A stretch of DNA of 49,167 nucleotides from Conidiobolus incongruus B7586 (lineage: Eukaryota): the NCBI GenBank assembly GCA_000697335.1, contig JNEM01010240.1:1-49167 (forward strand). The letters are read 5' to 3'. The notes under the pieces were generated by a model. That model was not told the DNA's origin. It did no database searches and was given only the letters and a program-made list of their open reading frames with translations. This document shows positions 14,478 to 26,763 of the stretch, one piece after another. A program made the translations under genes and the position numbers. The first letter of the stretch is position 1. Each line of letters begins with the position of its first letter.

Positions 14478-15562
14478 ATGATATATCGCAGATTGGGACG
14501 TAGTGGTCTCAAGGTTTCTGTTCTTTCCTTCGGTGGATGGTAATGATTTCCATTTTTTCATTGAATCACATCTAAGCCATTGATTTTTCTTGTATGTTAA
14601 CTGTCGGGAATACTGTTGATCAAGGTAGATTATTCAATACTATAGCTTTTGAAAATAAATTCACTCAATTTATTATAGTTCTTACCGATGAATTAATGAA
14701 AGTGGCTTTTAAAAATGGCATTAACTTCTTTGATAATGCTGAAGTTTACGCTCATGGTCAAAGTGAAATCATCATGGGTAAAGCTATCAAGAACAATGGG
14801 TTCAAACGTGAAGATTTGGTCATTTCTACTAAAATTTTCTTTGGTACTGGTGGTTGGGGTCCTAATGCCAGTGGCTTATCCAAGAAACATTTGATTGAAG
14901 GTGCTAATGCCAGTTTAAAGCGTCTTCAATTGGATTATGTCGATTTGATTTTTGCTCATCGTCCTGATCCTGAAGTTCCTATGGAAGAAATTGTTCGTGG
15001 ATTCAACTTCTTGATCAATCAAGGAAAAGTTTTCTACTAGAGCACCAGTGAATGGAATGCCCAGCAAATCACTGAAGCTCATAGCATTGCTTAAAGGTTG
15101 AGCTTAAAAGGCCCAGCTAAGGAGTAACCTCAATACAATTTGAAAAAGAGAAGATAAAAAAGTACTTATTCCCTTTTTTAAAAGCTCTGGCTTAAGGACC
15201 ACTATCTGGAGTCCTCTTGCCTCTGGTTTGGTCTTTTAACTGGTAAGTACAACAATGGCATTCCTGAAGGAAGTCGTTTAAGTGCTAAGGAAAGATATGC
15301 CACTATTCTTGCTGCTCAATATAATACACCCGAAGGACAAGCCAAGATTGAAAAGGTTCGTAAATTAGTTCCAATTGCTGAGAAACTTGGTTGTACCCTT
15401 GCACAATTATCCATTGCTTGGTGTGTCAAGAACCCCAATGTCTCCACTGTCATTACTGGTGCTTCTAAAGTTGAACAGCTTGAAGATAACTTGAAGTCTC
15501 TTGATATTGTTGATAAATTAACTCCTGAAATTCTTGAAAAAATTGAATAAATCTTCATATAA
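14478..15562 (+). pseudogene. AKR locus D: mosaic AKR pseudogene
   Basis: Exon 1 is intact-looking, but the intron-1 acceptor is mutated AG->AT (14594-95) and TGG->TAG occurs at 15038-40. Further TAA stops and frameshifts fall in 15040-15238. The flanking tracts are near-identical to locus E. Confidence 0.92.
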
Positions 15563-17744
15563 TTAGGTCCGCTCGAAGCTTTTTTAATCAATATCTATCA
15601 CTGTATATAAACCAACATTAAATAATGTTTCAATCTTTCAATTAGTCTATCCCCTTTAGATTAGTATAATTTTATATGAAGTAATTAAAATCAAATAAAA
15701 ATTACTACTATATATATAAACTGTTTGATTTGATGTCAATGTATAAATTATTAATTCTCGCTGTAAATCTATGAATATTATATAGCAACACTATAATTAT
15801 TCTTTGATGAAATGTTCCACTTATTATTGATTGTTTCAAGTTGTTATAGTACATATCATATCAAAACATGATTGCTCTTGGTGTTTAAATATACTCTATC
15901 CAATCAAAATCTTAAAAAACTCAAATTTAAAATTCAATCAATAAAATTGTTGGTACTTGATAGTTGAATAGGGATATTTATTAATTGTTCTGTGAATTTA
16001 GCTATATTTTAAAAATATTAGATTGTATGAAATTGAAGTAGACTATCGCATTGATCCTATAAATTATTTTTATATTCCAATATTCTATATTAGCCTATAT
16101 ATCAAAGTATATTAAAAGTTTGAAATTTGACCATTAAAAATGCTTTTTTTCTCTCAGACATTAAAATGGAATTTATTTTAGATTTTCTAGTCTTATTCCT
16201 TTGAAAGCTTAATTGTAGAATGTCAATTTAAAAATATTAATAGCGATTACAAAGTAGGGATTGATTAACTTTAATTTTCTCTCTCTTTTTAAATAATTCA
16301 AGCTATCCTTACAAATTAAAAAAATTACATTATATTTATAGTTTAATTTAAAATTAACTTAAAATGATATCATTGAAAAATATCTGTGGAATGGATAAAT
16401 AAGTATGCTTGATGATTTAGAAAATTCGTCATCACTCTTAAAATCGTAGTGAATTTGTGATTTAAACCATTGAAAATTTGAAAGACAAATTTATCATGTA
16501 ATTGAATTAAATATATTCTTTTATTCAACCATTTATTAAGATTTGGAATTTTATTCAATAAATTTTTTAGAATATATACGACATTAAGTTAAAAAATCAT
16601 ATTATCACACTAAATCATCAAAAATATAAGGTTAATTATTTAATACACTGGAGACAAGATATAATTTTGGAATTTATCAAATAGACTAATAATCATTTGA
16701 TTATGAATATGAAATATAATATACAAAAATATCATCTGCATTCCTCTACTCTATATAATAGATATGGAAATCTTAAATAATATAATATAAATTTAAATAG
16801 ATATATAAGTATGCGTATTTTAATATATTTCAAACTCAATTACAAGTTGATTGAAACTATAATACTCATTGGACTGATATAATATATATCCATATATATG
16901 ATAAAATCATATCAATATAAAATTGAAATATCATATATCAAGAACTATAACTATCTAAATGATTAAACATGTAGGTATATTATATCAAACTAATAACAAG
17001 AAATAGTTACAATTAATTTATATTTATTCAGATTTTTTTACCTTTATGATATTATAAAAATTAAATATTTGGTGGAGTTTAACTTTGAATAAAACCAAAC
17101 AGGTTTAATCAAATATATTTAATTGAATATATTTGATTAAATATCAATTAATGTTTTTTTACTGAATCAAATCCATTAAATTTTTTATACAATTTGAAAA
17201 TGACTTTTCCATGAGAAAACTAATATTTGAATAGTTGAAAAATTAAAGAAAAATATAAAGTGATTAGAATAATAGTAATTATAAATTGATAATGTAACTT
17301 TTGTTATCACATTATTTAATCATTATTAGTTTTTTCTATTATATAATAGTACTAATGGTATCTCCATTCTAAACTTTTTAGATATTTTTGGAAATTTATT
17401 CAATTACTATATATTCAAGAAATATAAAGTCAAGTCATCAAAAATAATGTAACTAATAGTATTATAAAATATATTTTAGAATACTGTAATTGAAATCTTT
17501 GCGATTTTAAAAATTATGTCCATGTTGGTCAGACTGTTTCAAAAAAATTATAACTATAATTGGAGAGATGACATCAAGAGTTGATACTTAACATATTTGA
17601 TTAGTAATTACTAATTGATTCCCGAAATTAATGTTAATGTTAAATGATTTCCCAATTAATATAAAATCGAGTATATAAGGATGACATGGGTTAATTAACA
17701 GTACAGAGTATTGAATAAATTCAAATAGAAAAATAACATTGAAA

Positions 17745-18878
17745 ATGACCAAAATGATTTATCGCAGATTGGGACGTAGTGGTCTCAAGGTTTCTGTCCT
17801 CTCCTTTGGTGGATGGTAGTTCATGCTATTATTAATAATATTCATTATCATATTAATCATAATATTGCTTGTTATAGGTTGACCGTTGGTAACACTGTCG
17901 ATCAAGGTAAGCAATATAATATTCTAAAACACTACGATTGAATCTAATATATCTTCTGCAGCTTTGACTGATAAGTTAATGAAGGCTGCTTTTGACAATG
18001 GTATCAATTTCTTCGATAATGCTGAAGTTTACGCTCATGGTCAAAGTGAAATCGTCATGGGTCAAGCTATCAAGAACAATGGTTTCAAGCGTGAAGACAT
18101 CGTTGTTGCTACTAAGATTTTCTTTGGTACTGGTGGTTGGGGTCCTAATGCCAGTGGCTTATCCAAGAAACATTTGATTGAAGGTGCTAATGCCAGTTTA
18201 AAGCGTCTTCAATTGGATTATGTCGATTTGATTTTTGCTCATCGTCCTGATCCTGAAGTTCCTATGGAAGAAATTGTTCGTGGATTCAACTTCTTGATCA
18301 ATCAAGGAAAAGCTTTCTACTGGGGCACCAGTGAATGGAGTGCTCAACAAATCACTGAAGCTCACACGATTGCCCAAAGATTAGGTTTAGAAGGTCCTGT
18401 TATGGAACAACCCCAATACAATTTATTCGAAAGAGAAAAGATGGAAAAAGAATACCTTCCCATCTTCGAAAACTTTGGTTTGGGAACTACTATCTGGAGT
18501 CCTCTTGCCTCTGGTCTTTTGACTGGTAAGTACAACAATGGCATTCCTGAAGGAAGTCGTTTAAGTGCTAAGGAAGGATATGCCACTATTCTTGCTGCTC
18601 AATATAATACACCCGAAGGACAAGCCAAGATTGAAAAGGTTCGTAAATTAGTTCCAATTGCTGAGAAACTTGGTTGTACCCTTGCACAATTATCCATTGC
18701 TTGGTGTGTCAAGAACCCCAATGTCTCCACTATCATTACTGGTGCTTCTAAAGTTGAACAGCTTGAAGATAACTTGAAGTCTCTTGATATTGTTGATAAA
18801 TTAACTCCTGAAATCCTTGAAGAAATTGAGCAAATCTTCCAAACTAAGCCCACTCCCGTGCCCAATTTCAGAGGATAA
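17745..18878 (+). CDS. AKR locus E: Kv-beta-like aldo-keto reductase, 338 aa; exons 17745-17815, 17878-17906, 17962-18878
   Basis: Starts MTKMIYRRLGRSGLKVSVLSFGGW. Canonical introns give a 71+29+917 nt in-frame CDS with tetrad D52/Y57/K85/H127. Confidence 0.94.
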
Positions 18879-19354
18879 ATATTAAGTTGTAAATTTTAAT
18901 TCACTTTAATAAATCATTTTGCTTCATCTTTGAATTAGTGTTGTCAACATTATATTCGACAAACTTATTATTAAATATCAATAATATATATTATTCTAAT
19001 TGTAGTTTTTATTTCCTTAATATATCATTTGTAAAAAATTTAATTACACCAATAGATAACCAAAATACTGTATTCAAAAATGAAGAAGAATATAACAAAC
19101 TATATTTACGATCAATTAACTTTTCAATATACCCTCTACAATATAATATTATTATTAATCAAAAATCAGAAATCATTTTATTTCTGATTTATTAATTAAA
19201 CAATAACATTGAAGAGATTATCCCATAAATAAATTTTCAAAAATTATAATAGATAAATTTCCTCACTAAATTCTAATTTAATTCAGCTTTTTCAGTATTA
19301 ATCCTAATATTATCCATTTACACTTGAATATAATATAAGTAATTTTAATGCAAT

Positions 19355-20129
19355 ATGAGTTCGAATACGACCACTAAAACTAAACAGTCTAAAAAAGAGT
19401 AATTCAACCAAAGAAATATCATTGATAAAATGAATAATTAATTATTTAAATTAGACCCACTTTTATGAGTGCCAAAAAACCAGTTAGTAGGCTAAGACAA
19501 GTTGTTGAAGTACCCAAAAAAGTAAATATCAAATACACAAAATTATGTGATATAAATTGATAATTTTTTTTAAATTAGACAAGTAGAGATCCCCGTTTTG
19601 AGCATATATCAGGAAAATTTAACGAAGATTTATTTAAAAAGAGTTATGCATTCGTAGACGAGATAAAAAAACAAGAATTGAAAGAATTGAGAAAGGAACT
19701 AAATAAGACTAAAGATGCACAATTGAAGAGTGAATTGAAGAAAAAATTAGAAGCTGAAGTAATTATACTACTATTAGACATTGAAAGGACTTTTATTAAC
19801 ATTATCATGCAGTTGACAAAACAAAATATTGAGAAACAGAAGGAAGAAAAACAAGTGCTGAAGAGGGAGTTACGTAAGAATGAAATGAAATTAATTAAAC
19901 AGGGGAAGAAACCTTTCTTCTTAAAGAAATGTAATTTTAATATTTTACTATTTCATAATTTTATAGTTAATGTTACTATTTAGCCCATATTAAACAAATT
20001 GAATTAACTAAGAAATTCAACGAAATGAAGGGTAAAGTTAATATCGATAAATTGATGGAGAAGAGGAGGAAACGTAATGCTAATAAGGATCACAAAGCTC
20101 TTCCCTTTAAAAGAAGACAAACTGAATAA
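19355..20129 (+). CDS. RRP36: rRNA biogenesis protein RRP36, 184 aa; exons 19355-19398, 19455-19521, 19579-19758, 19813-19930, 19984-20129
   Basis: The spliced product contains MSAKKPVSRLRQVV, RDPRFEHISGKFNEDLFKKSYAF, GKKPFFLKKS and KRRKRNANKDHK. The four GT-AG introns give 555 nt in frame. Confidence 0.88.
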
Positions 20130-21325
20130 TTTACCCTTTCAATTGGCTTATATTGTACTTAGTATTATATTTTATAGATTTAATATTATCACCATTTACA
20201 ATAAAAATACTAATATTTTTATTTATGGATTGATTATTGAGTATGCTAGTAATTATGGTTATTATATTTTAAGTTCAAATAAATTATATTTCAATTTTTC
20301 CAATTAATATCAGCTATTTTTAAAATACTAACAAACAACAACCTTGATTGCAATAGAATCATATAATACTCAACTTATTTAATGTATCTTGAAATCATTT
20401 ATAATCTTTAAATTTTCATTTATTTGTATCAAATCATATAACATGCATATGATTTAAATATATTGAATATTGACATATTTTGAAATTCAAGTGGAAAAGT
20501 ATATTAATAAATAGGTTATGAGTATGAAATATCATAATTGTTAATAATGGAATCAATTTTTGTGAAATTTTATTAAGTCCAAATAACTATCCAAAATCAG
20601 TAATTTAAATAAAATCTTAATATGTTTTTCAATAATTGTTATCATATCAAATATTATAGAAATAGTTTATATTATTTTCAATTCAATATATAATATCTAG
20701 AAGCTTTTTTCACTTATGAGGAAAGTAAAAATTTAAATATAGTTCAAATTGAAGAGTAATTAGCATTAAATGATGAAATAATATCAGTTCAAAAGTACTA
20801 AGTATTATACACATTTTCCTGATAGCTTTGTCTCCAGCTTATGCAATAATTAAATTTGATTAAAATTAATTCATCTAACAATGTTTCAGTAACAATAAAT
20901 TTGGAAAAATTTATGATATCAACTAATATATCTGATTATATTTTTTGAAGAATATATGAATTAATATATGCTACAAGGATGTACTTTGGAAACCATGTTT
21001 TAGAGCTTTGGAATTATTATGACTTTGCTTCAATTAACCAAACAGTTAAATCTGTACCTAGCTTCTAATATGTGATATAATTAATATCATTTTCTAACTC
21101 ATTTTATGTATTTTTAATTGATATTGAATGGATATTTTTGAAGAATTTTAATTTGTAATTCTATAAAAATATATATATGAACAAGATTTAATTTTTGTTT
21201 AATTGAAATGTCACCTGTTTCAAGTATAAAATATTCGCAAATGTTCAGAAAATATTCTATGAAGTGAAATTTATGGAATTCGGAGATTTATTTTGAAATA
21301 ATAATACTTGTCTAGTATATTATAT

Positions 21326-21636
21326 TGTAGTTAACGAGATAGTAACCCGCTTGACCAACTTCACCTCGCAGCCTATTACTATATGAAAATATAGCTCCGG
21401 AATACCCGTGACACCACTTCAAGGTCTCATTTTTTCGAAGATCTAATATACTTCTTTATACCACTCGCGGCTGACCACTAGTCTATAAAAGAATCATTGT
21501 CGGGATACATCTTCATCACCTTCGGTCTTCTTTGGAGCCCATTAAACTTTAAAAAACCCTAATAAAACACCTTAACTCAAACAACCGAACAAACTGCGAG
21601 CAAGCTAACCCCTTTCCTATCATTAACTTTCTACTA
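21326..21636. other. ~300-bp GC/CpG-rich non-coding island; candidate solo LTR or structured RNA
   Basis: Sharp GC rise against the flanks. It begins TGTAG and has TATAAAAG at ~21484, AATAAA at 21561 and a possible CA end at 21622. No target-site duplication was found. Confidence 0.35.
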
Positions 21637-23244
21637 GAAATTGCTGAAATCACAAAATTAATGTTTGAATTATTATCTAATTGGAGACAAATTGAAAAAT
21701 TAAAGGAATAAAATTCAATAAAGTGTGTAAATTAATTGAATTTTATGTGGTTCCAAAAAATGACAATATCATCCAAAATTCTGCAATTCTATACTGAAAT
21801 TAATTATTTACTTTCTTTTGTGTTCTTAGTTGGCAACCACTATAAAACTTCTCAAATAATCCACTATGTAAATTGATTAAATATATAATATTAGCTAACC
21901 CTTTTACTTCATTTTATTTCACTATATGATTTGCCATCAATCCTTAACGACTCATCAAAATATTTTTTTTCTTTCGATCACTACTAGGATTTATTTCCTA
22001 ATTAAGCAATGCCGTTTTTATAATTCTTAATTTGGATAAAACAAGCCAAAATCATGATGACCAATATTGAATCAAATTAAAATTGTATTATTTTTGAAAT
22101 ATAAAAAATTCCAATATTTTGATTTTTTTTATTAATATTAAAACTAAATTTTATAATATTATTTTTAATATGTAAATAATTATACTTTTAAATATATAGC
22201 TAATAATTTTAAATTGAATAAATATTTGTGTAAACTATCACATTTATAAATTTTAATATTATAATTTAAGTTAATGTTTTGATTTCTTTCTGATAAATAG
22301 ATTATTATTGCATATTATATTAATAAATGGGTTCTTAGTTGATTTTTTCTAGTGAATATTGCAGTTTATTCATTTTTCTTATATATTTGATGATTGTCAC
22401 ATTCAATAAGGAACTTGTTTTAAAAAATTTATAGATACAATTAAAAAATATTATTGGTTGTAATATCTATTGGTAGATATTCGATATTTTTATAATTATT
22501 TATATTTTTTTCAAAAACAGAGTATTTTATAATATATCACTATTTATAGATATCTTATCTATGTCTTTGCTCTAAAAAGTAAAAACCTATTTATTGCAAT
22601 TAATTTCTATAACGTTAAATTTACTATTATAATTAATATTTTTGAGTTTTATTGTTTATTGGTAGATTTGCTAGTCGCTTTTTTAATTGTTAAGATTGAG
22701 TTGGTTAAATGGAAAAATAATGGGAATAGTGCAGGGATTTGAACTTTCTCATCATAGGGTTGTAACCCTCGTGATTTTTCTTAAATCGTTTGTGTTAGAT
22801 AGTTTAAGCTTTTAAGATAATTTTAGTGTATGGTTCCAAAATTGATTTTTCATCAATTTTCTTTTCAAGCCATCTATTATTGCATTTTTTCAACTTATAT
22901 TGAACTGATTTTTAAATTGAATAAAGCCAAAATATATATTTTCAAGTCCTAATCATATCCCACAATCAAAACACCAATATAGAGTGACTATGGTAATTAA
23001 TTTGACAAACTGTTATCTTTCCAGTATAATATTCATAAATACCAAAAAATCCAATCACATTAAAAAAATCCTAATCCCACTGAAATCATGATTAAATGTG
23101 ACTCATCTTAATCAACCAAATCGTCAACCCTATTTAAATTCAGTTGAGAATGATGAAATGTATCAATTCTTAAATTAAACATATACATTCAATCGATCAC
23201 AAGCCATTTATAATACTAAATAGATATAATTACTTTTGATTATA

Positions 23245-24730
23245 ATGGGTTCAGCAAATGATAATAACAGCAATTTAAAATCTTCTAGTGAACAAGTAGC
23301 TAATCATACAAATTCTGAATTGAGACCCTTGAATGTAAGTAACCTAAATTTAGACTTTTATATTATATTTTTTTTTCAATTTAATGTTTTACACAAAATA
23401 TATATTTTTGATCCTCAAAATATTAATGGATATATGTAAGAACTCGATACAGATTCGATTATTCTATACTTGATCATTTATTTTCAATGACACTGGGAAT
23501 AATTTCTTGATCTATAGTGAAAATCAATTTGAATTATATATCTTAATACTTCGGTCATAGTCATATATCTTCTTTTGATAACATTATTATTCATATAATC
23601 TTCAATGATTTACTAATTAAATTTTAAACGAATAGGCTGCTGATCTCAAAATTACAAAAACCACCAACCCTAAACCACTTAAACCTAACCAAGAATTACT
23701 CTTTGGGGATTCCTTCTCTGACCACATGTTCGAAGTAGATTGGCATAGTGAGAAAGGATGGTCCAACCCAGAAATTAAACCTTACCAACCTCTCGTCCTC
23801 GACCCCAGTTCAATCGTCTTCCACTATGCATTCAGTTGCTTTGAAGGTATGAAAGCTTATAAAGGTGTGAATGGCGAAATTAGACTCTTCCGTCCCGATT
23901 TGAATATGGCCCGTCTCAATCGCTCTGCTGAACGTATTGCTTTACCTACCTTTGACGGGGATCAGTTGATTGAATGTATTAAAAAGTTAGTAAAATTGGA
24001 AGAACGCTGGATTCCCAGCGAAAAAGGATACTCCCTCTATATTCGTCCCACTTTGATCGGTACTCAAGAATATATTGGTGTTGCTCCTTCCAATAAGGCC
24101 AAGTTGTTTGTCATCCTTTCTCCAGTAGGCCCTTATTACAAAACTGGATTCAAAGCTGTATCGCTTTTGGCTACTTCATCGTTCATCCGTGCCTGGCCAG
24201 GTGGTACTGGTAATACCAAGGTTGGTGGTAACTATGCTCCTGGTATCAAACCCCAAATCCATGCCAACCAAAAGAACTGTGCTCAGAACTTGTGGTTGTT
24301 TGGCCCTGAAGAATATTTGACGGAAGTAGGTACTATGAACTGCTTCATTTACTGGAAGAATGAAGAAGGCGAACTTGAACTGGTCACACCTCCCCTTGAC
24401 GGTACTATTCTCCCAGGCGTTACACGTCAATCGATCTTAGAATTGGCCAAGTCGTGGGGTGAATTTAAAGTGTCAGAGCGCCTTGTTACTATCCACGATA
24501 TCAAACGCGCCATTAACGAGAAGAGATTGTTAGAAATGTTTGGATCTGGAACAGCGTGTATTGTTTCACCTATCAAGGAGATTGTCTACAATGACGAAAG
24601 CTTGCAAATTCCTTTAGACCCTGATAACCCAGAAAGTCAAGCAGGACCTATTGCTACAAGATTTAATAACACTATCTTAAGTATACAATATGGTGAAATC
24701 CCTCACGAATGGTCCGTTATCGTTGATTAA
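23245..24730 (+). CDS. Branched-chain amino acid aminotransferase (PLP fold type IV), ~394 aa; exons 23245-23334, 23636-24730
   Basis: Motifs FSDHM, HYAFSCFEGMKAY, PLP-lysine TKVGGNYA, EVGTMN and ILPGVTR are present. The GTAAGT donor at 23335 and TAG acceptor at 23635 keep frame. Exon 1 is less certain than exon 2. Confidence 0.92.
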
Positions 24731-25385
24731 AATTTGATTTGTCAATATGAATTAGGATGATCAAACTCAAAATGACTATTAAATATGATCCATTCATACA
24801 ACTTCTCAAGTCATTCATTATCATTTAAATGACTTTTTAGGATTTAATAAATATATATATATACATATAATTTAATATTAAAGAGTATATTAAAAATTCT
24901 TTATGAGATCAAACCCAAAAATGATGTTAAGATAATTTGATATGTGATAATTATTATTATTAACAATTTTTGAAATTTATCAATAAATACTAAACTTATT
25001 TTGTGACGAGAAATCAAAGCGCTATTTAGGCGAGCACAATACTTCATACTGCTTCAATACTACAATGACTTGAAAGAAAAATTGATCGAGCAATTGAATT
25101 AGTCCAGTTTATATAACTAAATTATGTTATCATTTTCTATTAAGTTGCTTTGATTAATACAGAATATGTCATTTCAATATTTGCCTATATTTTTGTCATT
25201 TTAAAAATTTTATTATTCCTTGTATAGCAAACTTTCAATTCACCATTTTTCATTAATCCTAAATCTATATTTTACCAAATATACAAATTTTATAAATATT
25301 TTCATTTTTTATTATTAATAAATATGTCATTATATATTCAATAAAAATTGAATGAAAAAATTACTTTGATTTGGATTAATTGTAT

Positions 25386-26763
25386 TTAATTTTGATAATT
25401 TAATGTTCTGAACTTGTTTTTGAAATCGTCCCAGCTGACATAAGCTCCCTTCAACCATCTATCGCCAGTGCTTGGATCGAACTCGGTACGCCCATGCAAA
25501 ACACGACGATTGGCGAAGAGGACACAGTCTCCTGGACTCATTTTAACTTGATAGAGATTTTGGGATTGGTGAAGTGCTTCAGAGAATTGACTCAGTGCCT
25601 TGTAGAGCTTGGAAAGAGGGATATCTTTGGGAGGCACAATAGGTCCTTGAAATGGAGGAGCAAAGAATAGGTCGTAGTGCTCATTGGGATTGGATTTGAT
25701 TGTGGGTCGAGTGTAGCGATAGTAGCGACCGTCGTTGAGGTAATGGAAGGGAATTGGAACGGATTGCAAAATCTCAAAGGATTCAGGATGGTGCTCTTTA
25801 ATATATTCAATGGCGCGATATCCGTCAACGAACAAGCTATCACCACCTTGAGCTTCGTTGGTCAAGCAGTGTAACAATTGAACGCCTGGAGGACTTTCAA
25901 AATACAATAGATCCATATGGAGGCCTAAATCAAGAGACGTGTATGCGATATTTTTGGCGTTGGCTTCGCTCTTGACATTCCAACTAAGGCCATAGAAGGT
26001 ATTCATGATATTACCAATTCGGGAGCCTACTTCCATGACGCTTTCTTGCTTAAGGGGAACACCTCGAATGAAACATAACCCATACTGGGCTAAGTAATTA
26101 ATAGCTTTGCCCCAAATTTGACGATCGTTCATGAATCCTTCATAAGGTAAATAAATATCTTTGACAGGGAGAATGCTAGCATCCCAGGATCTAGCAGATC
26201 CTTTAGCAATGAATGGATCGTGCTCATACTCAGGATTAAAATGATTTTTAACCCAGTCCAAGTCGTATACGCTTTCGTGGGTTTCGTTGCGATGATGGAT
26301 GGAATTGGGGGCCCATGTGATTTTCAATTGATTGTGACTGGCGCTCATGTGATCAATAGTGGGATTAGTGTGGACATTGCAGGAGGAATGTAACTTTTGC
26401 TGATTACTTGGATGGATGCACTTCTCACATTTGCAATGATCACGTAACCAGCTTTTGTTGACCTTGAGAGTGTCATTAATTACGAGTTCGTCATTGACTT
26501 GCTGGAGTTTGTAATTTAAAAAGGTAGGAGATAATTTAAATAAATTTAATTTAGTTGTGGAAAAGTTAGATCTCTAAATTTCATGTTCTAATATATATCA
26601 ATTTGTATATAAATAATGTAGTGTTTTACTATACCTTGGAATGATGAATAGCTTGATTCCATACACATTTTCTTAAGTGATTTAAATTCGATTGAATTGA
26701 GTTAACTATAAACCGTTCAATTTATATCATTAAAAATTCAAGTTAATTTTTATTACCTAACAT
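25386..26763 (-). CDS. Gamma-butyrobetaine/trimethyllysine dioxygenase-family Fe(II)/2-oxoglutarate dioxygenase (yeast AIM17-like), probably mitochondrial, 421 aa; exons 26763-26757, 26705-26635, 26573-25386
   Basis: The N-terminal Zn motif WLRDHCKCEKCIHP lies upstream of the track ORF. It also has NIAYT, H-x-D (HMD) and NRRVLHGR. The N-terminus is basic and acid-free, like a presequence, and the CDS is 1266 nt in frame. Confidence 0.88.

Noticed and set aside
19355..20129. RRP36 looks short (184 aa)
   Set aside because: The conserved core is complete, and the missing N-terminal acidic region is variable in this family.
22715..22800. B-box-like GTTCAAATCCC (minus strand) and AGGGTT-GT-AACCCT hairpin suggesting a tRNA or SINE
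   Set aside because: The T-stem and acceptor stem do not pair, and there is no A-box or cloverleaf.
17745..26763. Biosynthetic cluster idea (AKR + aminotransferase + 2-OG dioxygenase)
   Set aside because: There is no backbone enzyme, transporter or regulator. BCAT and the dioxygenase look like ordinary primary-metabolism genes, and RRP36 is interposed.
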